DNA of 64,000 nucleotides from Sphaerodactylus townsendi (GCF_021028975.2 NW_025950341.1:806001-870000); one strand, 5' to 3'; positions 1-13,229 are shown, numbered from the stretch's first letter. The notes: generated by a model from the letters alone, not told the origin. Translations and numbers: made by a program.

Positions 1-654
1 AATAAATTTTCCAAGATCTTACTCAGCCACTTCAAGCAAAACAGCAGGATCTTCTCTGTTTCCACTTCTTCTTTCCTTACATAAGGTCCATGATTGGACC
101 CCTAATATCTGAAGCTATAAAAAAATCTCAGGTAGCAAGAATTTGGGCTGATGACGATCATCCTAGCAGGAAGGCCTCTCCATTATATCTGGTGGCCCAA
201 TCAAGACTGAGAAAGTGAGAGTTTTTCAAGGTGCCAGCCCCTGAAAAGTTACATCATAGAGGTAAACATGAAATTGCTTTAAAGGGATCCCATAAGAGCT
301 CTCTTCATTCCTTGGCTGTCCATTGAGCCTTTGCCAAGATGCCAAGGAGAATCCAGTGGGAACTTCACTAGTGCACAGAGGCAAGCAGGCTAAGCACTTT
401 GGCAGTGAGGTGTCTTTTCTAAAGCTGTAGCAATTCAAGCTGGGAAGAATGCCCTGAAAGGTAATTTTTCTCAATAAATTAATTAAACCAGTTATAAATC
501 TAAACTTACAATTTATCTTAAGTGTTTAAATAAAAAACATCATGTCTGGTCAGGCTGTGTTGCCAGCTATTACAACTATGCAATGTCTATGAGCTCAAAT
601 TCTCCCTGTACTTATGGGCCTGTGACACTTTTGGATACTAGTGACCTTGGGTTC

Positions 655-735
655 TCAGTGCTATTTCTTGACCCTCCAGGACAACTGGTTGGCCACTGTG
701 TAAAACAAGATATTGGACTAGATTGGAGTAGATGG
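655..735 (+). mobile_element. CR1 LINE 3' tail remnant
   Basis: GGACAACTGGTTGGCCACTGTGTAAAACAAGATATTGGACTAGAT resembles the CR1 3' end also seen at 58332-58415. Confidence 0.5.
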
Positions 736-2509
736 GGAACTAGTTTTGTTGCAGCAGGATTATTCTGTTGGTTATTCAGAGACCTTTACTGTGAGAGTGA
801 TCTGGTTCAGGATACATGTATTAGAGGAGAACAGCCTTGGACCAGAGGTGGTAGGTCCCAAAATTCAGTATCTTAGAATAATTTTGATTCTTCTATTTCT
901 GTTGTTCTCTCGTCTATTAGCATGGTCAGTTGAGGTCCAATGACTGAGAAAATTGTATGCTTCCACACAAGGATATAGTCCTGAATTAATATGAGAATTA
1001 TCATTCATTTTTACATGCTGCATTTGTCAAAAATGTTATTTTGTGCATTATTGAACATGATACTTCGATATAAGAGCATCTATATTTCATTGCACAAAAT
1101 GTATTTTTACTTTCAAACTTCTAAGAGGGGAGAAGGGCTAGACTGACACTAGGATCCAGGCAGAGCATTCTACAACAAAGAAGGTCCAGAATTTTTTATG
1201 TGGCAGAGGAATGTACAATCTTCTAATATCTTTATGTGAAACAGAGTATAGTCTAATCCTCTCTACTCTGTTTTGGGGTCAAACTACAATTTTTTTAAAG
1301 AGCTGGGTCCAAATCTCCTGCAATAGCACAGCAGCTGCAGGAAATGACATATTAAAAAAGGGGAAGGAAGCAGAATCTAGACAAGCTGGGAATGTTGCCA
1401 CAGGGGAAGGAAAGGCTTTTTTTCTTTCCTCCCAAGCCATTTTCCCCTGAACTGCTGGACCTGTGCTACCTGTGCTTAGGAACCTGAGTACAATTACTCC
1501 TTAGCTGTCTCAGTTATCTGTTTGCCTCTCATGCCCAGACCCAAACAGAATAGTTTGTCTGTGAAGAAAAGGAGGTTATCTTCCATTCGTGTACCCTCCT
1601 CACATCTCAGAGCTTGCTGTAGAAGCCACAAAACCATAGTGTGCCCCTCCTGTGGGACTCGCTAGGATACTTAAAGTCTGGCAAGTCAGCTTGGTGGGCA
1701 CTTCTCTCTACCTGTCCAGTAGCCACAGAGGTGGAAAGATGAGTGTGCTACCCTCATTGACTGACTTCCTAGTCAGTTTGGAGTTTAATCGGCTTGCTGT
1801 GGAGGTTGGGGAAGCTCCTCACTGTGGTCCTAGTTCATGCCACAAGCTACAGGGGTGGAGATCAACACACCTTAAATTCAGGGTTATTTCTTTTTCCCCC
1901 TTTCCCTTCTTTTTTTTCCAGGGGTGGGGTTGTTTTATATTCAGGTTCATCTTACTTTCAAGTGAATCCAGCATTTTATTTTGCTTTTTCTAGGCCTAGA
2001 TGATAATCTTTTTCATTCCCTTGCCACTCTGGAAGATCACTCATTAATTTATAGCTCATGATATGTAAGCTAGTAATCTTTCCTAACTATCAATTACTCA
2101 AATTACTTCAGGAAGATAAACCATAAATATTGCATGCATGCCAAGTCTTCAGAGCCCCCATATTGCTTCAAGCTATTAATCAAGTTGTCTCTATTGTTGA
2201 TTTTAATTGTCTGATGTAGTTATGTCTAATAATTGCTTGATATCAAAGCGTTGGCATTGGAAAGCAACAGACAGAATTGATTCCTGCGCTAATGACACTT
2301 GGGAATGGTTGCATGTTAAATATTCTGAAGGAGGTTCTTTCAGGATAGAGGAACAGATTTTTCCACCATGGAGGAAGTATTTAGTGGGATATAATGTAGC
2401 TTTACATAAACAGGATGTTTGTGCACCACACTTCTTGAGTATGACATGAACTCTAAGGTAAGGTTAAGTCAAATGACTTGTTCTGTATTCTTCTCATTGA
2501 GTTCACAGT

Positions 2510-3197
2510 GGTCGATTCCCCACTTCAAAAATGAAACTAGATACAAACCAGTTTGGGTAGATTCGGGACGTTTTGAACATGGTTTCAAAATCTGCACTGC
2601 AGCTTGTGGCCCCTTCTTCCCAGAAACGCAGCAGCCACGCAGGAGTCCCCACCGTTGGCGGATCAAACACGTGATCCGCTCAGGGGCTATCTTGATTGGC
2701 TGCTGCATTGTGCTGGGGCAGGGATTTTTTAATTGTTATTTTCAAAGTGACGGATCCACGTATCTACGAGCATGCGCAGAATGAGCCTATGCGGGAGCAG
2801 GGAACCGGGCAGTCAAAACAAAGCCCCGGTTCCACTTTCCGCTGTGTTTTAATTTCTAAGTTAATGCAAGGTACACACACACACACACACATACCCCTCT
2901 CCACAACTGCTGAAAAGTGAAAGCTCCTTGATTGGTTGGGAGATTCCACATCACTTGCAAGGGTGGGTAGTTCGAATCTGGATTCATCCCCCCCCCCACT
3001 TCCCCACTGCTCCAGATTGGCCACAAGTTTTTTTTATAAGGTTTCTTCCAGGTTCTGAAATAACACACGCTGAGCAGGGGGAAGAGTGGCAGAAACCGGG
3101 TGAATGTGTTTTCAGCACTGGTGTAGTGGGGGTTTTGAGTGAAAGCTGGATATTTGGAGTGACGAGCATGTACTTAATTGTGAGTAGGGAATCGACC
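2510..3197. mobile_element. Non-autonomous PIF/Harbinger-like DNA transposon
   Basis: TIRs GGTCGATTCCCCACT ... AGTAGGGAATCGACC; 3-bp TSD AGT on both sides; CpG-rich interior. Confidence 0.75.
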
Positions 3198-3920
3198 AGT
3201 GCCTCCTTTTTTGGTCATACCTGAGCACATACATAGCACTCAGATGCTTCTCTTCTGTATGCCTTATTCCTTTGATGCCCTTACAGTCCCTTCTTCATGT
3301 GATCACCCTGTATTTTCATCTTATTGACTGTGGCAACAGGTGATTCTACCGATGCTGTCATGTTGTTACATCACATCCATCAACACAGCTAGTCAGATAA
3401 AACAGTGATATGGGCAACTGAAAAGATGAGGTGCTACAAACATTCAGCGAAGTGAGTACATAAATGTGATATTCAGGATTTAGATTTGCTGTGTCAGATG
3501 TTCTATTTTTAAACTCAGAATAGGAATGATAGAATAATCAGTACACCTCAATGCTAACTCACTGCTAATCCATTTCAATCTTTATCACAATTATCTGTTC
3601 TCACAGAACTCATCTAGGCTATTGGTTGAAGGAACAGTTCCTCAGAAGAAACAAGATCTAAGTGCAATCCTAGGTGGAGTTATACCCTTCTAAGGCCAGT
3701 GAAATTAATGGGCATAGAAGTGCCTCTGCTTAGGAATGCATTGTTTATCAGCCCTACATTATTTTTCAGTAATTTTGAAAAGAACCATTTTTGCTAGATA
3801 CAGTCAAAAAAATCCACCCAGATCAATACTCAACTGAATACAGCCATCTTACTCCTCGGTTGGCACTAGGCTACACATGTGTCACATCATGTCTGTCACT
3901 ACTCAAAGCCCTATGGCGAA

Positions 3921-4146
3921 GCAGAGGACTTAAGTGGTTAAAGTATTTAATTAGGATCTAGAAAACCCAGTTTCAAATCCCCACAATGTCAAACATCCTG
4001 TCTGTCTGTGTGATCTTGGAACAGTCACATGCAGTCACACATTCTCAAACTTCACCAAACTCACAGGGTTATGTGAGGATAACAAGAGAAAATTAGAACT
4101 AGGTGCAGTTCCCTGAGCTCCTGGGACGAAGGGGGGATAAAAGTGA
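3921..4146 (+). mobile_element. Old tRNA-derived CORE SINE (MIR/Ther1/Squam3-related)
   Basis: Degenerate A/B boxes (AGTGGTTAAAG, GTTTCAAATCC), core GTGATCTTGGAACAGTCAC, CTCACAGGGTT tail segment. Confidence 0.6.
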
Positions 4147-4203
4147 CATAGGGCCATTATGCATGGAATGCTTACTTTAGGACTCTTAGCTGCTCAGTGG
4201 GGC

Positions 4204-5119
4204 TGTCGTGGCCAGCCCCTGCACCCCACCTCCAGCACCTTGTCTGACAATGAGGACACCTTTCATGTCTTCTAGAGGAATGCCAGCCTCTCACGCTTCG
4301 CCCTCAACCACTTGCTGGACAGAGGAGACCTGTTTAATGACTTTGGAAGTGATGCTAGCTTCTCGCACCTGACCTTGACTTCTCCACTGACAGCAGGGAA
4401 ATATTCCTCAGCTTTGAAAGTGAGGCAGAGCCAGATGACAGTGAGGCAGATCCAGATGACAGCCTGGATGAAGAAGTGACAGCTGTCAGTAGGGAAGTGT
4501 CAGGCCATTCAGATCCAAAAATGGAAGACCAGCTGGCTGCACAAGCACACCAACTCAACCAGGAACCATCACCTGGCAATGACACCTCTGAGCCAGAACC
4601 ATCTTACCAGCTCCCCTGCAACCCTGCCCTCTCTCAGAGAATGTTGCCAGTACCCAAAATGTTGCCAAGCCCCCACATCCCCCATGGAAATACACCACCA
4701 CTGCCTGGGCTACAACCTGGCCAAGTGCCAAAAGGTGGCTAGATCATTGGTCCACAGAATTGGATCCAAAGAACTAGGCAAGAGGACACAATATACTCCC
4801 CTGGCCAATAAATGAGAGACAGCAAACAGCTGCCTCTCTATAGAAGGAGATGTGTCACCTTGTCTCACTGCCCTGAACCTGCATCCTGCTCCTGAACCCC
4901 TATCACTCTCCTTGTCTCTTTGACTGTTTGACTCCAAACCACCTCTGGATTTCACTTTTGGACTTTGCCATACTGTTTGTTGGTGAGCTTTGGCCTGAGA
5001 CTGTGTCTTGACTATTACTTTTGCCTTCCATTTTGGAACTGTGCTTATTCCATCGTGCCTGACTCTCATGGGGTGGGGGTTCATGCTGCTCTTGCTCAGC
5101 CAGCAGCCAGACCTCAACA
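4204..5119. mobile_element. Probable solo LTR
   Basis: TG...CA termini (TGTCGTGGCC ... ACCTCAACA), near-identical 5-bp flanks GGGGC/GGGAC, internal TATA-like CTATAGAA and AATAAA. Confidence 0.55.
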
Positions 5120-5189
5120 GGGACTGTAATGTGTTCTCTTCATGTTTGAATGCAGATGTGCGGATTTCACTACCCCAATTAACCACATC

Positions 5190-5790
5190 AACACTTTGCT
5201 AGTTGGAATGAGAATGGCTGCAGCCCGGTTTATTAACAATAACACATAACTTTTTGGAAGATGGGCAAGCATAACGGGGCACATCTTGGCCACCAGGCAG
5301 TGAACCGCTGAACCTGGTCCTGGTCAGTCCACTGTTGACCCCTGGCCCTTTGGGCAGCGAACTGCTGAACATGGCAGTATCCCCCATAGGGGATCCGGAG
5401 GTTTCCAGATGCCACTTGGGCACCTACCCATTTGTGACACCCCCTGCTGCCGGGGGTAGAGAGCTCGAGACAGGACTTCCAGGCCTGCGCCCTCAAGCCC
5501 TCCACTACCCCTAGACCTCTTATTGAGGCCCCCGCCATGGGAAGGTCTGGCAGGCAAGCCTGCCTACCTGCAAAGGATGTGCCCCTATGCTCTGAAAACC
5601 GCCCAGACTGTGACAAATGTATCACAATAAACAACATTCAATAAAAACAACTGCCCAAAACTTAGGAGGGAGGGTGAGTCCGCTTGATCGCAGCCTCGTG
5701 AGGAGGCTGAGCTGAGCCAGGCATTGGTTTAAATAGCCTGTCTGGCTCCCTCATCACGTGACGGTTCCCCCCATCATGTGACCCATCACC
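5190..5790 (-). mobile_element. GC-rich retroelement terminal-repeat remnant (DIRS/Ngaro- or LTR-like)
   Basis: GC/CpG-rich block with minus-strand TATTTAAA and CCCTCCCTCC motifs; no coding domain recognised; family is a guess. Confidence 0.3.
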
Positions 5791-5902
5791 CCAATGCAGG
5801 GAAGGTGAGCTGTCTGCTCAGTCAGATTTTATCTTCTGCCCCCCCCCCATTTTTCCAAGGACTGCACACCACTTCAGGTCCTTTTCATCTTTTATAGTCA
5901 TC

Positions 5903-6105
5903 TAGCGTTGCCATCTTCAGATTGGGAAATACCTGGGGATTTTGGAGGCAGAATCTGGGGAGGGCATAATTTGGGAAGGGAAGAGTCTTCAGTGGGTAGA
6001 ATGCAGAGTTCACCTTCCAAAGTGGCCATTTTTTCCAGGTTAACTGATATCAGTAACCTGATGATCAGTTGTAATAGAGAGAGATCTCCAGCCCCTGGTA
6101 ACCCC
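5903..6105. mobile_element. Short hAT-like MITE (AGGGTTGCCA-type termini)
   Basis: AGCGTTGCCA ... TGGTAACCCT; body similar to 24176-24421 and 45662-45885. Confidence 0.55.
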
Positions 6106-6720
6106 TTGTATCTATAGTTATCTCTTATTCCTCATGGCTTTGTATTAAAGTGTGAGTTTCCAAACTGAAATGAAATGCTGAAGATTCCATTTTGCCTTTA
6201 TTTGCATCCAGCTTTGAAAGTAAATGTGCAGATCGTGTCAGCCTGAATAAATGAAAGGTTGCAGATGTAAGAAAGGTATCTTCAGAACCAATTAAAATCT
6301 TCTATAAGATTATTATGCTGAAAGGAAGAATTGTTATGCAGATTTCTTACGAGTTGATGAAAAATAGGAGGAAAACTTAATGCCGCCTGCTGAGTGACAT
6401 CAATTGCAGGGAATGGTAATATGGAATGAATGTCTCAGCCTGTTTTCCAAAGCATTTGATATTTACAAAGGAGGTTTGGGGGGGGTGTTAAAAAAGAGGG
6501 GAGGGGGCGAATGTCATGCTGTTGATCATTCTCAGCTGAAAACACTGTGCTATTCCTTTTGGGCTAAAAGGAAACCAGCAGAGGGCAAATTCTTTGTTAA
6601 AAAAGAAGCATGCCTGGATGGAAACTTTTCAGTCTTCTGAACAGTCATGCAGAAGTAATTTTAGACAAAATAAGTAATGGTTTGGGAACCTCCTGTCCCC
6701 TTCATGGACATCTGCTCTGG

Positions 6721-6743
6721 GAACTACAATTCCCAGAAAGCAT
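6721..6743 (+). promoter_or_regulatory. ZNF143/THAP11-associated ACTACA-SBS motif
   Basis: GAACTACAATTCCCAGAAAGCAT closely matches the known composite motif; function untested. Confidence 0.4.
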
Positions 6744-7457
6744 TGGGGAGAAAGAAGTAGACAAATAAAGATGGAGGGGAACAGGGTGGCACTCACCTAT
6801 CTGTAGCTCAACTTCTATTAGGAAGGCCCTTACTAAGATAGAGTAGCTGGGTCTCCAGATTATGGCCCTGAAGTCCTGCCCTAATGATGTATCTGTTTAT
6901 TGTTAATTTTGAAAACTCATTTTCATCTATGCATGCCACCCTGAGGACCATTTTCCTTGAACACAGAACACTTCATTTCAAATTTTGATTGCTCCATACT
7001 TTCTTGGGAGGGAATCCCATTTACCTTGGAGGGTTGCTTCTTCGTTGCATGGATAGGTCTGAGATGCATGCCTTGTTTACTTTATCTTACTTTTGCCATG
7101 ACTTCTGGCAACCCCATGGAATTTTCAGAACTAAGAGGTGTTCCTGGTTGGAACCAGCCTCTGCACAGCAGCTCTGGAATTCCCTGGTGGTCTCCCATTT
7201 AAGTTCTAACTGGGGTTGACCAGGTGAGTCTGGTCTGTCCCGGTCAATGTGTGTGCCTCTTACACACCAACAAAAATAACCATTGGGGAAAATAAAGGAT
7301 TTTGTACACAAAAACTGGCTCAGAACCTGAATATTATGAGGAATCCATCCTTCTCGCAGACTTCCCCAGCATCTTAGGAGCAAGAGCAGCATTATAAAAA
7401 TTCAGTGATCCCTCCTTCATGACCAGTATTTTAATTGGTGTTTTTATGTCTGTGTAT

Positions 7458-7626
7458 NNNNNNNNNNNNNNNNNNNNNNNNNNNNNNNNNNNNNNNNNNN
7501 NNNNNNNNNNNNNNNNNNNNNNNNNNNNNNNNNNNNNNNNNNNNNNNNNNNNNNNNNNNNNNNNNNNNNNNNNNNNNNNNNNNNNNNNNNNNNNNNNNNN
7601 NNNNNNNNNNNNNNNNNNNNNNNNNN
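7458..7626. other. Assembly gap
   Basis: Run of N. Confidence 1.
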
Positions 7627-9151
7627 GATTTTAATGGATTTGAAATGCAATGTTATCAGGTGTGTTTAAAATTATTAGCCACCTTCGTGGCTCTTGTGTG
7701 GGCAGAAACGCAAGATAAAATTTTGTAGAAATAAAACGGTACAGTGAATCTCTATTCCCTTTTTTCCTCTTTGCCATTTATCCAGTTCTTGGAAGTGAAG
7801 GACATCAGGAAATTAGTTTCCGGAAAAACTAGGAAAGCAGAAATGAGGGTTCCCTGCCTTCTCAGACTCTGAAAAGGTGCAGAGTTTCTTCTCAGGGTAC
7901 CATAGATGTTGGTGCCCATAAGCTTAAGAGAATCAGATTAATTGAATCTTTGCAAAGTGGACCTGGGTGGATCAACAGCATTTTCCTTCCCAGTTGACAG
8001 CCAAGCTTTTCTGGTCAGTGAGCAGGAATAAGCAGCTGGTAGCCCACAATCCAATTCCCACTGGCTTCCCTCTGGCCCCAAATCTATTGTCCTTATTATG
8101 CATTTTGGCTACTTTCTCCCACCAAAAGAATGGCAAAGAACTGTTCAGCTCAGTCTGAGTATGAACAGCAACAGAGGCTCTTGTTAAAATGCAAGCCAAT
8201 GGCACACAATCAGACATAACATAAGCAAATGGCTCCCAAAGCAAATACACAAAGAATGTCCATTGTAACAAAGGGTCTGTCAGAATTCTGTGCTCGTGCA
8301 TCTCTGCTGCTTGCTGCCACAAACTCATGTCTTTGAAGGCAAAGAGAAAAATAAGCTTTCAGTTATCTGGCAACTGCAGACTTAACATAAGTAAGTGCAT
8401 CATTCTGAACAGCTGTACAATACACTGTTGTGATCCAGATTACCACAGGAGCAGAAGACAGCTGCATGGATACTACTGGGTTTGTACAGCACTGCTGCAT
8501 AGAACCAATGGTGTATTTAGTGGGGGAACAGAGGGGGTTGATTCCCCAGGCACCTCTTGCCTCTGTCACATGGGACACATTTGGCCACCCCCTCCCCCAC
8601 AGTGGTATAATGGAGCAGGGGGTATGACGCCCTGGGTGGAGCCACAATGGGGGCATGGCGGGGGCATTCTGGGGCATTCCAGGGTGTTCTGGGGCAGGGC
8701 AGGAGCGGGTGGCACCATGGCAGGGGTGCAAGGCACGCGAATGCCCCAAGCACAGTTCCCCCTTACTCCACCCCTGCTCCCCCATGCTGCCTTGTCCTCC
8801 TGCACTCCTATCCACCAGCCTGAGCCACCACCACTGGAGAAGGGTGGGCAAGACCAGAGCAGGCACACAGGCAAAGACAGCTCCTACTTAACCCCCATGC
8901 TCTGGTCTTGGCCTTTGGCATAATTCCTTCTAAATTTCAGACATGTGCAATTGTTTTAGTCTAGGGTGGGGAGGGAAGAGAAGGGCTCACCCAAGGCTTT
9001 AAAAGGGGCTTTAGGGTAATGCAAAGAGATTCAGGAAGGGAGTTGTATTTTCAGGGGAACAAGAGGCGTTCTTTCCCTTGTGAGAAAGATAAACCTTGCA
9101 TGATTTGAAGTTATAGGTTTTTTAAGAATATATATATGATATAACCCACAG

Positions 9152-9773
9152 TTAAGAACATAAGAACATAAGAACTAGCCAGCTGGATCAGACCAGAGTC
9201 CATCTAGTCCAGCATTCTGCTACTCGCAGTGGCCCACCAAGTGCCTTTGGGAGCTCACATGCAGGATGTGAAAGCAATGGCCTTCTGCTGCTGCTGCTGC
9301 TCCTGAGCACCTGGTCTGCTAAGGCATTTGCAATCTCAGATCAAGGAGGATCAAGATTGGTAGCCATAGATCAACTTCTCCTCCATAAATCTGTCCAAGC
9401 CCTTTTTAAAGCTATCCAGGTTAGTGGCCATCACCACCTCCCGTGGCAGCATATTCCAAACACCAATCACACGTTGCGTGAAGAAGTGTTTCCTTTTATT
9501 AGTCCTAATTCTTCCTTCCCAGCATTTTCCAGTATGAGATGCCCCCCTTGGTTCTAGTATTGTGAGAAAGAGAGAAAAATGTCTCTCTGTCAACATTTTC
9601 TACCCCATGCATAATTTATAGACTTCAATCATATCCCCTCAGACGTCTCCCCTCTCTCCAAACTAAAGAGTCCCGTAAAACAGCTGCAGCATCTCCCCTC
9701 ATAAGGAAGGGTGGTACTCCTTAATCCTTCAATCATCCTCGTTGCCCTTCTCTGCACTTTTTCTATCTCTTCG
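9152..9773 (-). mobile_element. CR1 LINE 3' fragment
   Basis: ORF 9351-9596 RTNKRKHFFTQRVIGVWNMLPREVVMATNLDSFKKGLDRFME is the CR1 ORF2 C-terminus; (TTCTTATG)n tail. Confidence 0.93.
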
Positions 9774-10919
9774 ATGAGATAGTTCTGCAAAAACCTGATG
9801 CAAACCTGTTCTTCAGTCTTTTGCTACTGAACTGAGCAGACTGAGCAATTGGTTCAGGTCTGATCAACCCTTTTGAACATGGCAAGTTCAACTGTCAAAC
9901 ATGTTTGTGGCAGAATTTGCATCATTCCTGCTTGTTCTTAAACCACAATCTCAGTCAACTGCTGCTAAGGTCAGGCCAGAAATTCTATGAAGTCCAGATC
10001 ATTGAGGACTTTCATTTACTTGTAACAGCTTCAACATTCTAATGTATTTTGTGTGTGTGTCACTTTGAAATATTAGATGCATTTCTGTACCCAGTACGTT
10101 ATTATAAAGTTGTATAATAGGAACACAAGGAGATTAGGCTAGATAAATGGCTTTGCTATATCACAAAATTCCACACAATTATCTAAATTAAAATTTTAAG
10201 ACAAGGTAAATGGCAGCATTAACCTTTTGCATGTACAATTTAATTATTCTCTGCACCACATTTCGCACCGACGCAAGTTTTTCTTTGGAATTAATGTCTC
10301 AGTTCTTTTAATTGCCATAATGGCATTATGTAAGTTGATTCCTACATGTTTGCTGCAGAACCAGTTTGTTTAGAAGAATGTGGGAGTTTTTAATCAACCC
10401 ACTTCCCTTCTAGAGTGAGTGGAGCCTTCTTTGTTTTGTAATTTCTAATTTCAGAAATTAATTTATCACAAAAGTTGTCACCATAAAGGTCTGAAACAAA
10501 CAGACCTTTCCCATTCACACATTTTAGATGCAAAATGTGATGTATGAAAAGCCCCTTTAGGAGTGGGGTTACAGGGTGGGTGTGCATTTAATTTTAGATC
10601 ATACATAATCCTTTATTACTGTTCCAGTCTTGCATTTAATAATTGAAAATGGATTCTAGAGCTGAGATCCCAGTTTTCAAGACTGAGGACCACTAGAACA
10701 CTCAGTTTATGGATCCTGCAAAAGCTTCTTTGTAACATCTTGCAGAACTCTAGAACTCAGTATATGCTGATGTCATGATAGCCAGCATTTTTCTGCATTA
10801 CTTGTTGCTAGAACAGAAATAAAAAACTGCAGAAATAAAAAACTACAATGTACTCTTTTGCACTCTTATTGGTTTCAGGTTGCTGCTGGCCAGGAGCCAC
10901 GAAAGCAAGAAATAATAAT

Positions 10920-11127
10920 GTATTGTCGAAGGCTTTCACAGCTGGATTCAAATGGTTCTGGTGGGTTTTCTGCGCTGTGTGGCCATGGTCTGGTGGATCT
11001 TGTTCCTAACATTTTGCCTGCATTTGTGACTGGCACCTTCAGAGGTGTATCACAGAGGGAAATCTGTTACATACTGTGTATAGATCCACCAGGCCACAGC
11101 CACACAGCCTGGAAAACCCACCAGAAC
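10920..11127 (-). mobile_element. Penelope-like element terminal (pLTR) fragment with partial inverted copy
   Basis: Similar to the 3' end of the element at 15160-16726; flanked by CAAGAAATAATAA on both sides; degenerate hammerhead. Confidence 0.8.
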
Positions 11128-12060
11128 CAAGAAATAATAAGGCTATTTTATTGACCAGGATGGCCCAGTAAGGGAGGAAAGAAGGACAGCCCAATTTGGA
11201 TCCCCAGGTGGCTGGGGATGGTTCCACTGCAATGGCACTCCACCACCTCCAGAGGGCTTTCTGGTGGCACAGGGAGGCAGAAAAAGCAACAAGAAACACA
11301 CTAAACTACTGGAAAAATCATCCATATGGCTTAATGGCACAACAGAGCAGAAATTAAGCATATCCCCCCTCCCAGGTGCTGTATTCCTGCCCTGAAATGA
11401 CCCCATGGAACTGCTATTTGTTCTGCTGAGGGATGTCCTATAGGGGACAAATAACTGCTTTCTTCCTTTCAGTGTATGCGTTCAGGTGAATCATACCTAG
11501 CAGAGATTGCAGTGCCACTCCATAGACTTAGCAGAGGAGAAGTAGCAGCCATATTATGCTAGTAGCATGTGGCATGGATTTTACAAAGGCGAATCTGTAA
11601 AACAGATAGCATTCTTTCCAGACAACTCTAGAGAAAGTATGCTATGCTTGTAGAAGTGCTCGACAGTTTTAAATGTGCTATCATAAAGAAAATAACCTTT
11701 TTTCATCAAGAACATGATTTACAATGGATAACCACATACACCCTTTCATATTGACAAATGTGCATTAGAACCACCACTATTAAAGTCCATTCATCTTCCT
11801 TCCTTCTGGACAAGCTGAGTAGTCTTGGCAAGATTATCCTTAGGCTGCCCCATTTTTTTTCAAAAAGATCCCTAATGGGAAATGAAATGTTTGTGTTGCA
11901 CATCATTTAGTCCTGAAGGTTTCCCCTAGCAAATAATAAATCAACAGTCCCCAAACTTTGGCCTAGTTCATAGAAGCAACAGATGAGATGGTAAAACTGT
12001 TCCTGGACTGAATCAGCATTGGAGTGCAGGTGGACGACTGTGCAATCAAACATTCCTCTA

Positions 12061-12396
12061 GAAGCAGAAGTGGCGTAGTGGCTAAGAGCAGGTGCACTCT
12101 GATCTGGAGGAATCGGGTTTGATTCCCAGCTCTGCAGCTTGAGTTGTGGAGGCTTATCTGGGGAATTCAGATTAGCCTGTGCACTCCCACACACACTAGC
12201 TGGGTGACCTTGGGCTAGTCACAGCTTTTCAGAGCTCTCTCAGCCCCACCCACCTCACAGGGTGTTTGTTGTGAGGGGGGAAGGGCAAGGAGATTGTAAG
12301 CCCCTTTGACTCTCCTATAGGAGAGAAAGGGGGGATATAAATCCAAACTACTACTCCTACTCCTACTCCTACTCCTCTTCCTCTTCTTCTTCTTCT
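12061..12396 (+). mobile_element. Squam3-like (gecko) SINE, full length
   Basis: tRNA head GTGGCGTAGTGGCTAAGAGC...GGTTTGATTCCC, CORE GCTGGGTGACCTTGGGCTAGTCAC, tail GATATAAATCCAAAC+(CTACTC/CTT)n. Confidence 0.85.
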
Positions 12397-12554
12397 ACCC
12401 TCTGCATTAAGAAGAAGATGACGATGAGGCTAATGAAGATGACTGTATCATTGCTTCCTGGCCTTCTTAATTTTATATGCAAGGAGCTCTCAGCTCTCTC
12501 ACTCTCAGGAAAACATTCAACTGTGTAATCCCCATTTCCAGTTTCAAGATAGCT

Positions 12555-12765
12555 AGCTTGGTGTAGTGGTTAGAGTGTCAGACTGAGATCTAAGAGATCC
12601 AGGTTTGAATCTCCACTCTGCCAGGCAAGCAAGTTGGGGCCAGTCATACATTTTCAGCGTAGCCTACCTCACAGGATTAGTGTTATGATCAAATGGAGCA
12701 GAGTGATATAAACTGTTTTGGGTCCCACTGGGGAGAAAGGTGGAGTATTAATGAAATATAAATAA
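12555..12765 (+). mobile_element. Older CORE SINE (Squam3/Ther1-related)
   Basis: TGGTGTAGTGGTTAGAGTG...GGTTTGAATC head, CCTCACAGG segment, TAAA-type tail. Confidence 0.7.
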
Positions 12766-12977
12766 ACAATTCCAATATCACTTGCTCTGCTGCATGTACT
12801 CAAACATTTATTGGGAACTCCTTTGTCTCCTGGCCTTCTTGGCCACACACTCATCTAATGCATTTGCCACTGGTAGTCTCAGCATATCCTTTTATCCCCC
12901 TTCCCTGAAGACATGTTTGTATCTATCCCGCCTTTTCCATTAAACCCCAAGACAGCAGGGGCATCAGGTGAATGGTG

Positions 12978-13174
12978 GTAAAAAGTGCTGTCAGGCTATT
13001 GCCAGTGTATGGCGACTCCATAGGGGTTTCAAAAGAAGAGACATCCAGAGGTGATTTGCCATTGCCTGTCTCTTCCATTCAAGTCGTAACCAGGATTGGC
13101 CCTGCTTAACTTCTGAGATCTGCTTAGCTTCTGAGATCTGACAAGAGTGGGCTAGCCTGAGCCATTCAAGTCAT
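12978..13174 (-). mobile_element. 5S rRNA-headed SINE (5S-Sauria-like)
   Basis: Minus strand has 5S-like GTCAGATCTCAGAAGCTAAGCAG head plus GGCAATGGCAAATCACCTCTG...GGAGTCGCCATA Sauria/BovB-like tail. Confidence 0.7.
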
Positions 13175-13229
13175 GACAGATGATTATTTACCAATTAGCA
13201 AATGACCATAGAACGCACACAACCACTTG

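Noticed and set aside
1-2460. Possible coding exons (minus 1-114, plus 2344-2457)
   Set aside because: Splice-like sites are present but frames contain stops or give unrecognisable peptides.
8327-8923. 198-aa ORF and overlapping antisense ORFs
   Set aside because: GC-rich, low-complexity, probably repeat-derived; open on both strands with no recognisable domain.
12061-12135. tRNA gene
   Set aside because: A/B boxes belong to a SINE head that continues into CORE and tail; no cloverleaf evident.
12978-13174. 5S rRNA gene
   Set aside because: Only a diverged partial 5S head fused to a SINE tail; same for 37385-37577.
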